Shown piece after piece: positions 13,093 through 25,300 of a DNA stretch of 64,000 bases. Origin of the DNA: Podarcis vaucheri. Taxonomy: Eukaryota. The notes beneath the pieces were generated by a model. The model was not told the origin of the DNA. It saw only the letters and a list, made by a program, of their open reading frames with translations, and made no database searches. The stretch's first letter is position 1. Each line of letters begins with the position of its first letter. The position numbers and the translations under genes are program-made. The stretch is from the NCBI GenBank assembly GCA_965113315.1, contig OZ220368.1, one strand, 5' to 3'.

Positions 13093-13311
13093 TCAAAGAC
13101 GGGTCTGTGCCTCGGGAACGTAGATTTCAATGCTGTCCGCGCTCTCGGTGGCAGAGTTCTGCCGGACTGAGGCAGCGCGCTTGGCTGCCATGAGGCGCTT
13201 GCGGGCTTCCTGGCGCTGTTTATCCACCGAGTCAGAGGCCTTGTCCCGGTTCAGCTGGGATTTAGGTTTGGCTGGCTTCTTTGGCACAGGAGGGGGCGGT
13301 TTCTTCTCTTC
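13093..13311 (-). CDS. DLGAP4: DLGAP4 last coding exon (ends in the Shank-binding class I PDZ ligand QTRL)
   Basis: Acceptor ttttttccctgaAG, then [78 protein letters not shown] and ADSIEIYVP distinguish DLGAP4 from DLGAP1. Confidence 0.95.
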   Translation of the reverse strand, partial: EEKKPPPPVPKKPAKPKSQLNRDKASDSVDKQRQEARKRLMAAKRAASVRQNSATESADSIEIYVPEAQTRL

Positions 13312-16300
13312 CTTCAGGGAAAAAAGAACAGCAAAATGTTAAAAGGAACTGCAGGCAGATCTGTTCTCTTCCTCAACAGTTTTATCTGCAATCAAAGTTC
13401 TGCGCCAAGAATTTAGGCTGTTATTCAGCACATAGGCTTCGGGTTTTTTTTAAAAAAAATGCTGGTAAGCAATGTGAACACATTCAGTATTGGTATTAGA
13501 ACCACTAGAATTCACAAAGTAAGGTTCCCTTGACTCACAACTGTGAGAAAATACAATTGGGGCTTAAATAGACTATTTGCAGTAAAGTAGCATCCATTTA
13601 TAACATTCACTAGTGCTACAATTATGCCTTGTGCACCCTATAGGAGCACAGATCAGAAATGAGATGGGAAACATGGGGAGATTTGGACAGGAGGATCTGA
13701 CTTTTAATCTAGCATTTTTACACCAATTTTCTTAGACTATTTCAGAATGGTCTAAACACTTTCTACTATTTTTCCCCCTTGTCAGGGGAAATCACAGACT
13801 CCTGCAGTCCGTGTTTTTAACAGCAAACAGGGAATATATCAAAACTTTCTACAACCACCTCTAAATTTTGCAAGATGCCTGAGGACCCCAGTATATGCAA
13901 CATTATTATATTTTGTATTTGGTCTCCTTTTTGTAAACTGCCTTGGAAGCATGTGCAATGTGTGTGTGTGAATTTTGAAACTCAAACAATAAAACAAAAA
14001 CTGATCAGGCACATTTACTGGAAGCAAATCCCATTGGTTAGAGCAGCAGGTTTAACTTCCAAGAAACCTCTTAGGATTATGCTGTAAGTTAAGCTACCTA
14101 GCACAGACCAGAGACATTACATTGCCAAGCCACTTTTCTTTTCTTTTCAAATGCTCCACCTGAACTTGTGCTGCTAAGCACCGTTTCTTTATAATGCTCC
14201 ATGCTCACCTTCTTCTCCGGTGGCTCCGTTAACTGCCAGCCATTAGCCTTTAGGTGGTACAGCTCATCAAATTTCATGCTGATGTCTTCGATGGACAATT
14301 GTAAGAGATCCCAAAAACCAGCAAGGTCTTGTGCTGTGGGCCTGGGATTTGAATTGGGGTTCTGAGAGAAAAGAGAATGTGAATGAAAAAACCACAGCAT
14401 TGCAACTTCTACTGTACACTTGCACAGCAATTCTGAGTTAATGTTGAAGATGAGACTTGAATGTTGTTTTTAAGTTCACGTGGAAACTTCTGAATCTGCT
14501 GGCTGCATTCAACATAGCACTAAAGCCGGAAACTTATCTTCTCTCTCCCCCCGCCCCTCCGCTGCACTGCAACATTGGAAACTCTTAATTGCCTGCTGCA
14601 TATCCGTATACTTTTCAAGTACAATTTAATATATTTTGTTTCTCCTGGTTTACTTGGTCAAATCTGTAGTTGCCTCAATCACAGCAATGTCCTCACATAT
14701 CCTCTTTGATCTACATTACCATATGGTTTTAAGTTTTTTTTAAAAAAAACACCATTTAACACTATGGTTGTATGTAGATTGGTACCGGGGAAGAGACAAC
14801 TCATCCAGGGGTCTCTCTGGGATGGGAACAGGGCTGAGTTAAACTGCACTGAGGTACTTGGCAGAAGAGAACTGTAGGCACATTGCCACATTTTTTACTT
14901 CCTAGGCAAAAGCCTAATAAGTGACCAAATACTCCTTCCGCTTAGACACAGTTCATAGCAATTAGAGAGATTTCCACACTCACCAAGTTTTGGTCACAGA
15001 GGCCACGGAATTGCTGGAACTTCTGTGACATTAGTAATTGTGCACTGCCCACTGCACTGAGGACTTTGCCTAAGACTGAATTAGAAAGGTATATTTTAGA
15101 AGATGAAGTGCTTTGAAAAACAGAACATATAAGGATATTTGAGGTGAGAGTGGCTCCTTTTGTCCTTCAGATTTATCTTCCTTTCCCTTCAGTAACCAAA
15201 GTGTTTTTCATTCAGAGCCATTAATGACAAGCCATTAGAAATGACTCATGGCTCCTTTGTGAGGGCATGTTTTGTTAGCCCTTGTTCTACTGCCAACAGC
15301 AATACCCTGTACAGCAGCCACCATCGGGAATGGCAGACAGCCATACTGCTGCCAGTTTCTTTGTTTGTAATACAGTGCTAGTGAAGTCTAGCAGGGATAG
15401 CGAGAAGCCTTATTTAATATTCTCCCAAAGGCCCCTCCATAGCATTTGAGGACACAACACCATCAAAGAGCCCAAGATCTCTGAGCGCAATTTACCCTCA
15501 TCACAGATTTGTGAGCAACTGCTTTCTATTTGCTAGCCTATCTCCACCCAACACTGACTTCATTTCAGTTTTACCAGGTGCAGTGTTTTAGTTGTTTTTT
15601 TTAAGTCACACATAAAAACGTGGAGTTTTTGAATACATCCCTGATGTGTTCCAAAAAAATGACGCTGAAGTCCTCTGTCTACCCACTCTGCAGCCACATT
15701 TAAAGGTCTCAAGAGAGCACTCTCATTCAGGCTCCATTTACACTTTAATTTCCTCAGACTAGGGAATGGAGTGACATAGCTAAACGTGAACTCAAGGAAA
15801 ATTAAATAGCAGATTCTCTCCATAGTAGCACTGAAAACAATGAAGTGGAAAACACATCTGAAGAAACTACGGATTGTTGCTACTGCCCTTACAATATTGA
15901 AGAAAAAAAGAATTTGAACAAGGCTCTCCACTTTCTCTACAAGATCCCCAGTAAAAAAATACGAAGTGTTCCTTTCAGTAAGTTGCTATTTGGGCCCAGC
16001 CTCACACTCATTCATGAACACTGTGCCAGGAAAAGATTTCACCATTTCAGACTGAAATCTCCTTTACCACCAGAGTCAGTTTATTATCCATACCAACCTT
16101 CTTCAGAGAGATTATTCTCTTTGGTCTCTTGGTCCATCTGACGACACCATCCTTCTAACCTTTCAGTCTCCGCCTGCAGCAGCTTCTGAAACCAATACCC
16201 GTCCCTTCGGCAAGCTCCCGGCTGTGTAGGTTCTGATGGAGTGTTGGTGGATGTTTCAAGCCAGGGGTCCGGAGGAGGAAGAGAGGAAGGCTCTAGGGCT

Positions 16301-19300
16301 GGGTCATTGCTATCTCCATAGGAGAGGTTTCTCTTGATCTGGGAGGGCATGGCTGTTTGCCTCGTACTGGCATCAAGGCTGTTGGAGTTGTTGCATGGGG
16401 GACAATCAGCAAGGCTTCTCTCAGGTGATTTACAGGTAGAGTTGTTCGGTTCTTGTGAATCAGAATCTGTATCCTGCTTGGCTGACATGCTGTGAGAGTG
16501 GCTGTTGCTACAAAGAGAAGGAGGGAAAGAGAGAGAATCAGAGGAAGCAGCCCTTGGGGAGGGCCGATTCGTTACTTGGCACACAGACACAACGATCTGC
16601 ATTTGTTCAGGGCACCTGCAGCTGAACTGCGTTTCCTTGCCCCGTTCCTCTCTGCACACAGACACACACGCACACATGCAGACAGACAAAATTATAAGGT
16701 TGCCTGCTCACTGCAATAGGCCATCCAAACAAAAAGACTGGCACACATCTATAATTACATTTCCAGTTCTATTTTTATTTTATTTTTTTATTCCAGGTTT
16801 CCAATGATTCACCTACATTACTCAGCCAACATGCTACTACTGAGAGAGGTTCTGAAACCCATCAATGCTCAGTGATTTGAAGCAGGAAAAAAGAAAGAGG
16901 GAACTAAACTATAAAATGGGAAACTGCAGCTGGACGAGGTTTTTTTTCAAAAAAGCCTGCGTCTTCCACTTACCGCCACTCGTCCTCTACCTGTACCCCG
17001 ATGGACTGGAATTTGGTGGCTGATGGAGGGGGCTCCTCTTTTGCCACTGGCTGAAGGCAGTCAACCTTATTAACAAAAAGATACAAACAAAAAAAACAAA
17101 AACACAAAAACTTGCTGCTAGAATTCACATTTGAAGGAAGGAGGCATGCACGCACGCAAACACACACACATGCACTGGTCATGCAGACACCACACATCAA
17201 AAGGCAGCACATTTTCTTTTCTTCCTTTTTCGCTATGGAGATGGGGAGAGGAAGAGGGAGGGAAACGAGGCTGCTGGCACCATAAACCAGGCCAGTGCCA
17301 TCCTATCTAAAGCTAATTTCAAGGCTGTTGCCATTTGCAGTAGATTTTTGTTTAGTCAGGGATTTTTAACTGAATAGTTATGCATCTGTGATGTGAAATT
17401 TTAAACTATTTTTAATTTTTAAGATTTTTTTCTTATACTTTCCTGATGAAATGATCCTAGAGGAAACTTTAGAAGCACTGGGATGGGGCAAAAGAGAACT
17501 CTGAATAGGAATATTGGCTTTATTACACAGTTATTTGTTTATTCATACCCTGCCTTCTTCCCTGACGGGGCTCAAGGCAGTTTATGGATAAAAACAAGAA
17601 CCACTAATGTTCTTGTATAGACGCCAGGTGAACTTGCTATTAGGAAGAAGGCACAAAGATGCCATATTTATCCTATCCTTCTGCTGCATATTATTTAGAC
17701 GGTTTTAAGTGGCTGGAGTATAATAAAGGAAAGGTTTTAATATTTTGATATTATACTTACAGCTGCTCTTAAAAGGACATTTTAAAGATAGCATTTCCCC
17801 ATCTATTCACCAAGTATTTGGGAATGGGATGGGGAAAAACAAACAACCCAGAGGGAACACAAGTTATTGCTTGCATAAGGAAGAATCAGTGTCAAGGTAG
17901 TACTCAGAACTGATGTAGGCCTCAGAAATGCAACAATTTATAGCTCCGTTTAAAGAGCTTTTGGTGAAGGCGAAGTGACTGCATCAAAGCTCCCAGCAGG
18001 CAAAGCAATGCAAATAAAGTGTGAAAAAGACAGTATAGCACAGGCTGGTGTTATGCCTTGTAGGCGGAGATAACTTCCTAGCTTCAAAGATGCCAGCAGC
18101 TTTTAGCCAATATGAATTTGCATAACCTTTGGCTATCTAAACCCAACACAGTTTTCCTCTAGAGCGCATATTTGTGCCAGTGCACTTCTAGGAGCACAAA
18201 ACTATTCCCATGTGTACTGTAAATAGGCAGAGGGCGGGGAAAAAGAGGAAAGGAGAGTTGGTACAGCATATCTCAGAGGGATGTGACTGATGCAGGATAG
18301 AGGAAGTACACAGTTTCAAGCTTCCAGTGTGAAATGTGAAGAAAAGGTGCAGGTAACTAATAATAATGGTGGAGTGTTTTACAGAGTGTGGGAAAGAAGC
18401 AGCTTTGCTAGCGCCCTGTTGTAAAGAGCTACACAAGTGCTTCTGCAGTTGTGATACAGCAATTGTACTATTACATAAGCTATTTAAATTATTCTTTAAA
18501 AAGCCAACTAAGTGTTAACATAAAATGGAGTGGGGACATAGGACAGTTCTATTATGTCACAGGCATTATCCAATGGGTGCCTGGGATACCAGTATCTTCA
18601 CAACCAACATCTCAGTATCTTCACAACAGAAGCACTAACTTGTCTTTCTGCTGCTAAATTTGGTGAGATTTCATTGATTTGTGGAGTTGGAAGGGCCCCT
18701 GTGGATCATCTAGCCTAACCCTCTGCAATGCAGCAATATGCAGCTGTCCCGTACAGGGACTGAACCTGTGTTTTCATTCACTGTTGTTTCATGCTTGCGC
18801 TTTAATATTTGCTTTTTTTATTTTAACACTATTGCTAACCTGCTCTTGAAGGCTCCTTTTAGGTGGATGAAGCAGGGTACAAATGATCTCATGAATAAAT
18901 AAGCCTGGAGGTAATGTGCCTGGATCCTTTGCAACAAGTGAACAACTGTATGCTTTCTCTGCTTTAAGAAGCATCTACTCTACAGAAAACGTATTTTAAA
19001 AAGGAGAATACTCTTTCCTCCTGTAATGAGACATGCACAAACTGTGTTTGCAGCCTCTGCTTATAAACGTTTCCATTTACCCTGGACATTTCTAGCATGT
19101 TGCTGGCCACTGTGTAATTCTGCCAGATCTGTTTTATTTGTATTTTTTGCTGTGTAAGATTTCATATTTGTATCTTGTTGTACACTGCTATAGTTGGGGG
19201 TTTTTTTATTAAGCAGTTGATAAATATTCTGAATAAATAAGTTGGGTAACCTAGAAATACTCATTGTTTGAAGACCAACACACAAAAGGTTTTGTGCAGT

Positions 19301-22300
19301 AAAGAACATGTATTTGTTGAAGTTAATCTGTTCCTGCTAACAACAATTGGATTTGCACTCAGGTACTTTCTTACTTGGGTGAGCACAAGTCTTTGTATCA
19401 GCATCGGAAGCAACTGCAAAGCTTCCAGTAAGGAAGGAATGCATAGCTGTTCTGGAAATCTGACAGCAGAAGGCAGAACATTACTTATTATTTAAATGTT
19501 CCACAAATTAGCTTTCTTTTCTGCATCACGTACAGCAGTGCATGCATTCCTGACCTTTAACAATGCCATTAGATTCCCTGTGAATTTACAGGAAATGCAG
19601 GAACCAAAGAATCATTATTTGACAGAAAGCCAATGAAAATGTATGTTTAAGTACTTAGTATGCCACTTCCACAATATTTGAACTTGCATGTGTTTTTGCA
19701 GAATTCTGCAGTCAGAACATCTGCCATGCAAAAGTCGAAATCTTACTGACCAACAGCCAAGGTTTACTACACTGTGTGTGGCATATAGGAAATTGATTTT
19801 TCTTAATAAGGTAAACTTCTCTTGATTTAGAACTGAGTCGATTCAATTGCACAATGCACGTCTTAGGATAGGGCTGAACCCTGTGATTCTTTAGCATGTT
19901 TGCCCTGTCAGCACCTCTCTTTTATGGGCTTCAACAAGTGGACTCGTGGTGCTACCAATACGTGGGGTTATCAAAGAAGAATTTTCCTACAGGCCTGTTC
20001 GCTATATATGCCTTAATTAATTCCTTCTCAAGTGCCCCTGGACTTTTATAAAGTCAAAGTTCAGCAGAGGCACACCAAGCGGGCACAGATGCCAGAGCAG
20101 TGAAACAAGGATGCACATGTAAAAATGGTTACATTAAAAACATCTTCTAGTGCTAATGAGAACAAACAATTCCATACTTGTATTCCTATAGATGACAGCT
20201 TCCTTTTGGGGATATTCTCCACCTTTGGCTCCTCACTTGTCAGGGTCCCCTTGTCGCTCTTCAAGGTTGCATTTTTCTGGGGTAACTCGGGAGGCTCCCT
20301 GGCAGGAGGCACAATGCTCCCTCTTGTCACGCTGGGTGGTCTGGTGCTGTCTAAGCTATCCGAGGAATTGCTCAGTCCCGACTGGCTGTTGACCTCGCTC
20401 TTGTGGTCCTGGTTGTCCAGGTAGTTGTCTTGTGCCGATTCGGTGCTGCTCTGCACGGTGACAGAGATGAACGGCTTGGAGGTGGTCCGAGGTGGGACTG
20501 GTGGCGGTGTCTTTTTATAGCCCACTAGGCATGCCGAACCTGCGACAGCGGCAGCGAGAAAGTGTGGAGGGAGAGAAGGGAAGCAGAAGATGGAAGAGAA
20601 AGCAGCAAAAACCCAGTGAGTTGAGAGGAAAGGCAAATTGGTCACAATGTTTAGAGAAGCTAACAAGCATAGATGCAGAATAGGCCAGCCTATGCACGGA
20701 GCAGCCCAAAGCACATTAATAGCCAGCACTACCCTGCTGTGAAATTCAAGAGGAACACCATAACACAGACTGGAAGATAATGGAAAAAGTGAGGAAGAAC
20801 CCTCCAAAAAGCTATAAAGCAAGCCACACTTGAAAGGGGCTACACAGTAGTGGGGTGGAAGCCTGCAATTTTGCTTTATATATAAGGTCCTGATAAAACC
20901 ACCTCTTGGTGTTTGAACCCATCAGTGGAAAGTTTCAGTATCTTGACCAACCTGGTACTTGGACCTAGAAAATGAGAAATGCCACAGAAAGATGCTGTGA
21001 GACACCAGCCATGCTCACTTTTGTTGAAAAACAATATTTTTGAGAAATAAAGCTCCAGGCTTACTAATAGCCACTTAAATTCTGGAACTAGAACAACGGG
21101 GCATTCCACAACTTTCTTGATGTGGAACTTAAACTTCATATAATAAACTTGCTCTATAGTTTCAGTAAATAACAAAGCATTTTGTAGCAGCTTAAAGACA
21201 AAAGAGCCTAATTGTGTGAGTGGAATGACTTCCATTTACTCAATGGGACTTTCCTCCCTCTCCTCCCTCTTGCATGCCCCATGACCTCCTCAAATCTGCT
21301 CCAGAGGGCTGAGGGAACCTCTAAAACAGATTTAGGGGGCACATGGGTGAAGAGAGGGTGTGAACCTTCCATTGTGCAAGGAGAAACCCTTTCTGTGATG
21401 GAAAGCTCACCCCAGAGCTACAATGAATACAAATCGAATCCATTTTGATGAGGCCCAAGCTTTTGTGGGCTAGAGTCAACTTCGTCAGGTGCCAGCTTTC
21501 TTTAGCAGTAACTATAGAATCTCTGGTATAGACATCTGATGAAGTGGAATTATAGTTCTTGAAAGCTTATACTTTAATAAAATTCCTAGTTTGAAGGTGT
21601 CACAATAATTCATTTTTTTCTATAAAAAGGCAGCTCCTGTCAGAAAGTGATCTCACAAATAAGATGGACTTATAAATAAATAAATAAATAAAGCCGTTGA
21701 CACATCCATATTCTACCAATTTTACATGGACCTGGATCTAAGCTAACTGAAAAGTGATGCACATGTGCTGAAATTTGAGAGCTTAGTGCATACTTGTGGA
21801 TGGGTGTCGCTGCAAGAGCTTATAAGGTGGATTCCAACTTCCTTTGACAACAACTACAGAATAGTTGGCATATAAAGTTAACCTAACAATAAAAGTCTTT
21901 ACTCCTATCTAGGGACTATATTAAAATTACCTATATATTTTAAGCATGAAAACCTGTTTTTATTGTAAACCAGCTTCTTTAATTTTAATATTTTATGGTT
22001 TCAAATATGTATTTTGTATATTTTAAACAAGCTATGTGTATTTGAAATTATTTTAATCTTACTTTGTAAGTCAGCTCAAGCATTTTATATAGAAAAATGT
22101 AGGATAAGCTACTGTTTTGCTTGTTTACTTCACAACTCTTCAGCCACTCAGTGGCCAACTCATTATGCATAATTATGTCCGAAGGCAGCTAACCTATGGT
22201 TTTTTTTTGTTGCTGACTTGTTTCAATAAGCCACAGTTAAGATTAACCATAGTTTTTCCAGCTTCAGACGTAAGGCTAAACTATGGTTAGATGAAAAGAG

Positions 22301-25300
22301 TTTCCTTCTTTGGCTACACTGGAGAAAAAATAGGAGAGGCGGATCATTCAAGCACAAGCCTTGCCTTTTCAACAATAGCCCATAATTTATCACTATGTCC
22401 AAACACAACCTCCTAATGCAGTTGATATGAAATACTAGCCCCAAAGTTGTTTCTCTCTGAAGTAGTACCAGAAGACAGAGATGAATAAATGGAGAACATA
22501 CTTGATATTGTTTGTAAGAATGGTTTGAGTGTAGGCAGTTGTACACTGTGCTTCTGTCCACTGAACTATGTGCATTGCATGTGCATTGTATCTTAATTCT
22601 CCCTCTTAGAAGTTAGCTAAAGCAGTCAGTGCTGACAGAAACAGAGTCAAAACAGGACTACAGAGAAACAAGAGGGAGTAAACTGTATACCTGGGTGAAC
22701 CCCAAGACATACATTAAATTTATTGACCAATTCTGCCCCCACCCAAAGCCAGCCCAATGAGCATGCTCAGTAGCCACAGAATGTTGCCTGTCCGTTGTAA
22801 AAGCAAAAGTGGAAAGGAAAGAACAGAATTATTTGCTAGGTGCAACCATGGCTGCCTAGAAGGAATTCTGAACAGGACACACCTGTGAGAAGAACACACA
22901 CTGGAATATTTTGTTGCAGGCCACACCTATTTGAAGCCCTCATCTTTTCCCTGGTCTGTTTTCAGCATTCATTAAAAAGCGACCTTGCATTACGCAAAGG
23001 GCAGTTATTACAAGGACTTTCCTAGGCAGATTACATAATGAATACTGATTTTCCTCCTCATAATTAACTCTGAATAAATACTGTTTGTGGATTGTATTGA
23101 ATATAAACTAAAGAGGAGGAGGGAAATACACCTCAAAAGACTAAGGGAATTCTCACATTGGAAAATGGCACTTGATAGTTTTGTTATGGATGTAAAGCAT
23201 ACACAACTCATCTGCATTGGAAATATTTCTCCTTCCTGGGATGTTAACATAAATAGCCTCCCAATTATTCCTCCTCCTTTTTAAGCCCTAAATGAGCACC
23301 TAAAGGGGAAAAATACTAAAATTAGGAAGGCAGAAGTGATTGTCCTTCCTCTCCTCACAGAGCCATCTATCTATTCCTCAGAATAATCTGCTTCAGAGCC
23401 CCAGAGGATGTGAGGCCACAAGCCTGTGACAGAACAGTAACAAAAGCATCTCAAACTTTTCATCAAAACATTAATGCCTAGCAAGTGTTTAGCTCAATAC
23501 ACAAGAGTCTGGTAAAATATGGTGTTCAAACTGAAGCCTCGGAAATAATCACCTCTATAGTTTGTACATACATACATACATACAGTTTGTTCATACCATA
23601 GTATGGACAAATAATGACTAATCTAATTAGTTTTATTTGTTAGCTATTCTCTAGCATTTAGTAGCTCAGAGGAGCACCTGTCTTATCCTCTATTTCATCT
23701 CTAAGTTCCAGAAGGTATCATCACATGAAATCAGTTACTGAGTAAACCTTTGGTCGACTGCATGCAGTAATAGTCCATCTAGCTTTCTTTCGGGCAGCGG
23801 CATTCCAGCATCTTAGGTAAAGGTCATGCGGAGTCTTCCTACCCAATATCCAGGACCTGGAACTGCAGCATCAGACCTGGGATATTTTGCATGCAAAGCA
23901 GGTGATCTATTTTGCAATATGAAGTGTACTTTTAGCTGGCAAGAATTGGGTGAAACATTACAGGCTCATAGGACGTTTAAAACTCACAGATTTCCTTCAT
24001 CAGCACTTGGGGCCATAATGTCAGAAGCTACAGACATAAAGAATTAGTAATCCTGAATTTTTACTTTCTCTTAGGTTTAGATAAGCACAACACTAGACTT
24101 ATTCCAGTCAAATGAATTTTCTTTTAAACCTATATAAACAGGTTGCTTACTTTTGATATATATGCTGCTTAGCTATCTGTCATTTTTCTGGCAACAGCTA
24201 TTTTCAGAAAATAGCATTTCAGAAGTTGGTACCATCTATTTCGATTAATTATTTCCAGGCATTCTTGGTTGCCTCCAGTCTTGGCCAACATTCAAAAGCT
24301 TGCTGGCAGCTGGCCAAGATTATTTGAATTTGTGTGTGAAGATGTTAAAAAAATGGTTTAATCTTTAAATAGCGGCGACTTCATATTAAACAAGTCAGCA
24401 CAAGAATGCAGAACTAGTATGTATGTACCACACCCCTTTTTTAAACAACAACAACAACCATAACCAAAGTTATATTTGCATGGTTCTTATTTCTTGAAGT
24501 GTTTTACTGTAGCAGAGAACAAACTGGCAGTAGAACTTGACTTTAAATCTAAAAGACTCGTTTGTTGCAAAGCATGGCAAGAACAGCGCTGCAGAGAAAG
24601 AAATGGGCTTTTTATCTGGAGCCAAAAGCATCAGTCAGCTTATTGAGGAACATTTGTTTACTTGGGCAAGAACTCAGTCACTCACAATCCAGGAAGACAG
24701 ACACAGTTATGTGTGATGCTTAGTGCAATGAATGAACAAATAAGGAACCATAATTGTTTCAAAACAATTGTTGACCTGCATTATTCTGTTCTACCCAGTA
24801 TCACAAACCCTTTGAGTTTGTAATGGTGGGGCACCGATATATTAAAAAGTAGAATACCTGGGATTTAAACCAATCTAGTCCCATGGTGGAAGTGGGATAA
24901 AATCAATACATGCTTGACTATTCCAGCATTACTGGATGATTAATTATGATACCAGTTGAGTTCACTAGGTAGTTTCTACACTCTCATCCTTTATAGAGGG
25001 ACAGATACATGTTGCAAATGGGGGAAAGAGAAAATAAAAAAGAGCAATCCAAATAATCATAGGGATAAGATTCATAGTTTAATCATAAGCAGTCACCATT
25101 ACACAATGCAAACCAGGAAAGCACAAGCTAGGTACTTGTTTCTCCTGTGTAGTATGTGGAATGATAACATGCACATCTTGCAAAAGCTAATTTACTGATA
25201 TCTCCTAAAAGCAGTTTGATCACATGCAGTTGACTTTGTAAAATTCCTCAATTCTAAAGGATATTGCAGTTTGATAATGAACTCTGTATCTTGCATTACA

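Noticed and set aside
16576-16651. Cassette exon ending CAA|GTAACG as an alternative to the 92-nt exon
   Set aside because: From the CAG acceptor it is 76 nt and either frameshifts or hits TGA. The in-frame 74-nt version needs a poor GAG acceptor.
2770-20539. Calling the pair TGIF1 and DLGAP1, since that pair is convergent in human
   Set aside because: Diagnostic residues match TGIF2 ([24 protein letters not shown]) and DLGAP4 ([29 protein letters not shown] first exon).
20540-20822. 5' extension of the 253-aa ORF as coding sequence
   Set aside because: Homology starts at the cgcAG acceptor (20540-20541). The extension is a translated pyrimidine tract.
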